From contig NC_047068.1 of assembly GCF_902459465.1 (NCBI RefSeq), positions 14,756,001-14,820,000 of the forward strand: a stretch of 64,000 nt of DNA, written 5' to 3'. The notes beneath the pieces were generated by a model. The model saw nothing but the letters and a program-made list of their open reading frames with translations, did no database searches and had not been told where the DNA came from. This document shows, one piece after another, positions 60,937-64,000 of this stretch. A program made the position numbers and the translations under genes. Source of the DNA: Asterias rubens. Lineage: Eukaryota. Position 1 is the stretch's first letter. Every line of letters starts with the position of its first letter.

Positions 60937-62354
60937 CTACCATACGTTTGGGTCATTTTGATAATTCATGGGCCAAAAGAGTGGTAGCCTCACCTCCAGT
61001 TGTGATTCTTCATCGAAGGGTTTTCTGGGCATCTGCAAGTGGTCCCTAAAACGGTGAGAATTTCTCACGATGACAACAACTTTTATCTTGACTGACCCAA
61101 GTGCTTGATTAACCTCAGCATGGTGAATTACCTGCTCTACTTTGATTTCTGCCGGTGTTAAAACTCCTTCAGAAGTTGTCACGATTGGATTTATGTGTGG
61201 CCTAACACGTGTCAGTATCACCAAACGATATGTACCGCCTATATGATTTTGGTCTGGTTTTAACCGGTAACTAATTTCCCATTTCTTAGATTTTGCGTTG
61301 AAGCATTTTGATCCAGTAAGTGACCACATACAAGACTCGTCTGATAAGGTGTCATAAGCAGACACACTAGTAACAAGTAAACTCAACGCTTTGGTTTTTT
61401 TTCTGACAAACTCAGATGCTGATAGTTACTACTGACAGGCCCCGAGATGCAAATACGAGGTTCAACACAATGTTTTTTAGATAAGGTGCTTTTTGTGTCA
61501 CATGGAAGAAGACTTAATTCTTTTTCCTCAGATACAAGAGCTTTCCACTCAAAAGCGTCATGAATTGAATCTTGAAGACCTGAATCATTCAGTGAACTTT
61601 GGATCTGCAGTGACCTATCAGACATAACAGCGGGAGCTGTAATTCCTCTTTTAAGTGAACAGAGATCTAAGGAGGACATATGGGTAAAGTGAATCTTGGA
61701 GATGACTTCCTTAGTGTACTTATCATAGTCATGACCACCTGTGTAAAGCCAATCAACAGCTTGATTGAAAAGATGCCTTTCACTTAGCACAACCAGGTCG
61801 GAGCTCTCCAACATCTTAAGAAACAAACTCGGACCCATCTTTTGTAAAGAGGAATCGGATAGGTGAAAAAAGTTTGTTTCAAGGAACTTGAAACAGTGAT
61901 CATACATCTTGGTAAATCCAAACTCTTCAGCATCTGTAAGTGTTTGGAGGGCTATAGTGTCATTGGAAACCTCTCCTATAAGAAATTCCTCACACAGCTC
62001 ACAAATCTCATCGACTTCATACTTCTTAGAAAGCTTGATAAAGGAATAGACAGTATCTTTACTGATCTCAATTGTCTCTGTATACATGAACTTTAAAAAG
62101 TCAGAGAAGATCACCTCATATTCTTGATCGTCCTCCAAGACATGTGGCTCGTCTGAGTTTGACCTCTTGAGTAACATCTCCTTGAATACTGGACTCCATG
62201 AAGATAAGATCAGTTTATGGGCATGGAAGATGCTTGACCCAACCATCAAAGTGATGTCACTTAGACTGCCGCTGTCAAAGAATGGCGAAAGTTTGAGCAG
62301 AAGATGATCACTGGGTTGAGTTTCGTCTTGGTCTTGAGATGGGTCATCAAACTG
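60937..62354 (-). CDS. BTB/POZ + BACK domain protein (BTBD17-like architecture), one large exon broken by a 1-nt frameshift at 61395-61402; start exon not located
   Basis: SDITLMVGSSIFHAHKLILSSWSPVFKEML...FLKFMYTETIEI...KKYEV is a typical BTB; BACK-like LESSDLVVLSERHLFNQAVDW. Frame open from a NAGNAG acceptor (62354/62351) to a stop at 61383; second ORF 61386-60937 lies in the -1 frame. Confidence 0.85.
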
Positions 62355-64000
62355 CTTGTGTTAAAAAAAGTTGGATAAAAGTGTGTTGTAAACGCATTGA
62401 GGTATGACATTAGTAGTTAATGATCCGTGTTGTTACTTTACTTAAACTACCAATTGCTCACACTGTTTTATCGTGTTCTATAATTTTTTTCTTTAAGTAA
62501 AAAAGATTACAAACTTTGCACATTACTCCCTTTAATGAAGACTGGTTACACTGTTGCGTTTTGTGTGTGTTAGAGTTAACAGTGTGTGACCTGTGAAATT
62601 AAGGATATTTAGGACAACCAATGAGAGAATTAGGCTTTAGGCCTACGTAAGTTTGGTTTGGCTTGCTAGTGATTTAAAAACAAGGCTGACCAATAAGGTT
62701 TGGTCTGCAAATGAGTGGCTGAAAGTTAGGCGGAAGCATATTTATTGTCACAGTTTATTTCTGGTAAGGACATTAATTTTGTCCAATTTCATCAAGTCTG
62801 TTGAAAGGTCCATAAATTAGTTTATAAATTAATTGGTTTTAGTTTACAACAACAATATTAATTGATGAAATGAAAGTTCAGATAGGAAATTTCAGATAGG
62901 ACATAACAAGCCCAAATGCCACCCTCACACTGAAGTCAATGGAGACATACCATTGGCGGTGAGTTGTGAACAGTACATACTTGCATGCATGTTTCCAAAG
63001 TTAGCATAGACAATGGCAACTTATGCTAAGGGTCGGTTACTGATCTAACTTGGTTTTTAAAGTCAAAGAACAGGGTTGGTATGTACACTCATGTAGTCAT
63101 ACACAGTTAATATTTCTCATTTCATTTCATTAATTCTGGGGACTTTCATTAAAAAGTGAACATGCAACAGCAATAACAGCCCCATGCAAAAATGACAAAG
63201 AAGGGTTTCAGTTTCTAATGTGGGAAAAATGCTTTGATTCTACTTACTTAAAAACAGAATTTTGTGAAGTTCAGCCACCAGCAAAGTCACCCAACCTGAT
63301 TCATCTCCAGAATGGTTGTAGAAGAGAAATAACTCAGGATACAAATTCTGTCAACCCTCAGCAGGAACAAGAGACTTGTCAAAAAATTTGCTAGCTGAAT
63401 TTCAGACACACAGTTTGTTCATATTACCAACTCATACCAACTTTACGAGCTTGCAATATCATACAAGGAACCCAATGCCAAACTATGCTGAAAAATCATT
63501 ATTATGGTACACTGAACACACCCACAACGGACAATGGAAATCACAACACAATCATTATTTGTTTACTCGTCAGTAAAAAAATTCTCAAAATTGGAATTCC
63601 TCGGGATGTGCAATGTCCCACAATCCCTTGGGCATAGTTAGTTATTGACCTGAAGACCAGATAACTTTGATGAACTTTGATATTTACAGAGCTGTGGATT
63701 CCAAGCAAAGATAATTCAGAAACTGTTTAGTGTGAACTCAAGTTGTACTCTAATCGCTATAAAAAAAAGTAAATAAACTCAATTTTTAAAGTTATTTAAA
63801 GCTGCAATAATGTCTAGTCTAGTGGGAATAATTACAAACATAGTTACTATCAGAGTTTGCTAATACATGTAAGTTGCAAGACAACAAGACTTTAAGGTTT
63901 CATTAAAAACTCAATGAGATTTTTGTATTATAAGGAAGACATGTTTTTGCTCATATTAGTGATGTAATAGGCCTAATTCATGAATGGATTTAACTGATTT

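Noticed and set aside
63296-63304. ATG AAT CAG|GT as the BTB start exon
   Set aside because: Phase fits, but the donor is weak and a stronger donor nearby (~63247) gives no in-frame start; left unassigned.

Overview
AT-rich, intron-containing animal genomic DNA; gene set and repeat landscape suggest an invertebrate deuterostome such as a sea star (inference). Layout: a layered 47/50-bp satellite (1-~6200); a candidate spliced non-coding transcript (-, ~6.2-9.4 kb); RPUSD1 (-, 4 coding exons); PICK1 (-, 10 coding exons) with an intronless rhodopsin-class GPCR nested antisense in one intron; KMO (+, 13 exons); an unrecognised 265-aa single-pass membrane protein (+, 6 coding exons); and a BTB-BACK gene (-) split by a 1-nt frameshift. 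Exon chains were assembled by hand from GT/AG sites and phase continuity. Introns and intergenic DNA are dense with TTAA-flanked (T2/Kolobok-type) and Harbinger-type MITEs, tRNA-derived repeats, foldback elements and minisatellites. Most short entries in the ORF track are repeat artefacts. Main leads: a hidden +1-frame GPCR tail ending in a PDZ ligand (-TRL) inside the PDZ-protein gene PICK1; an orphan adaptor-like membrane protein; a frameshift at an A8 run in the BTB gene; and a tRNA-promoter repeat whose copies look circularly permuted. No database search could be run, so family names and novelty are provisional.
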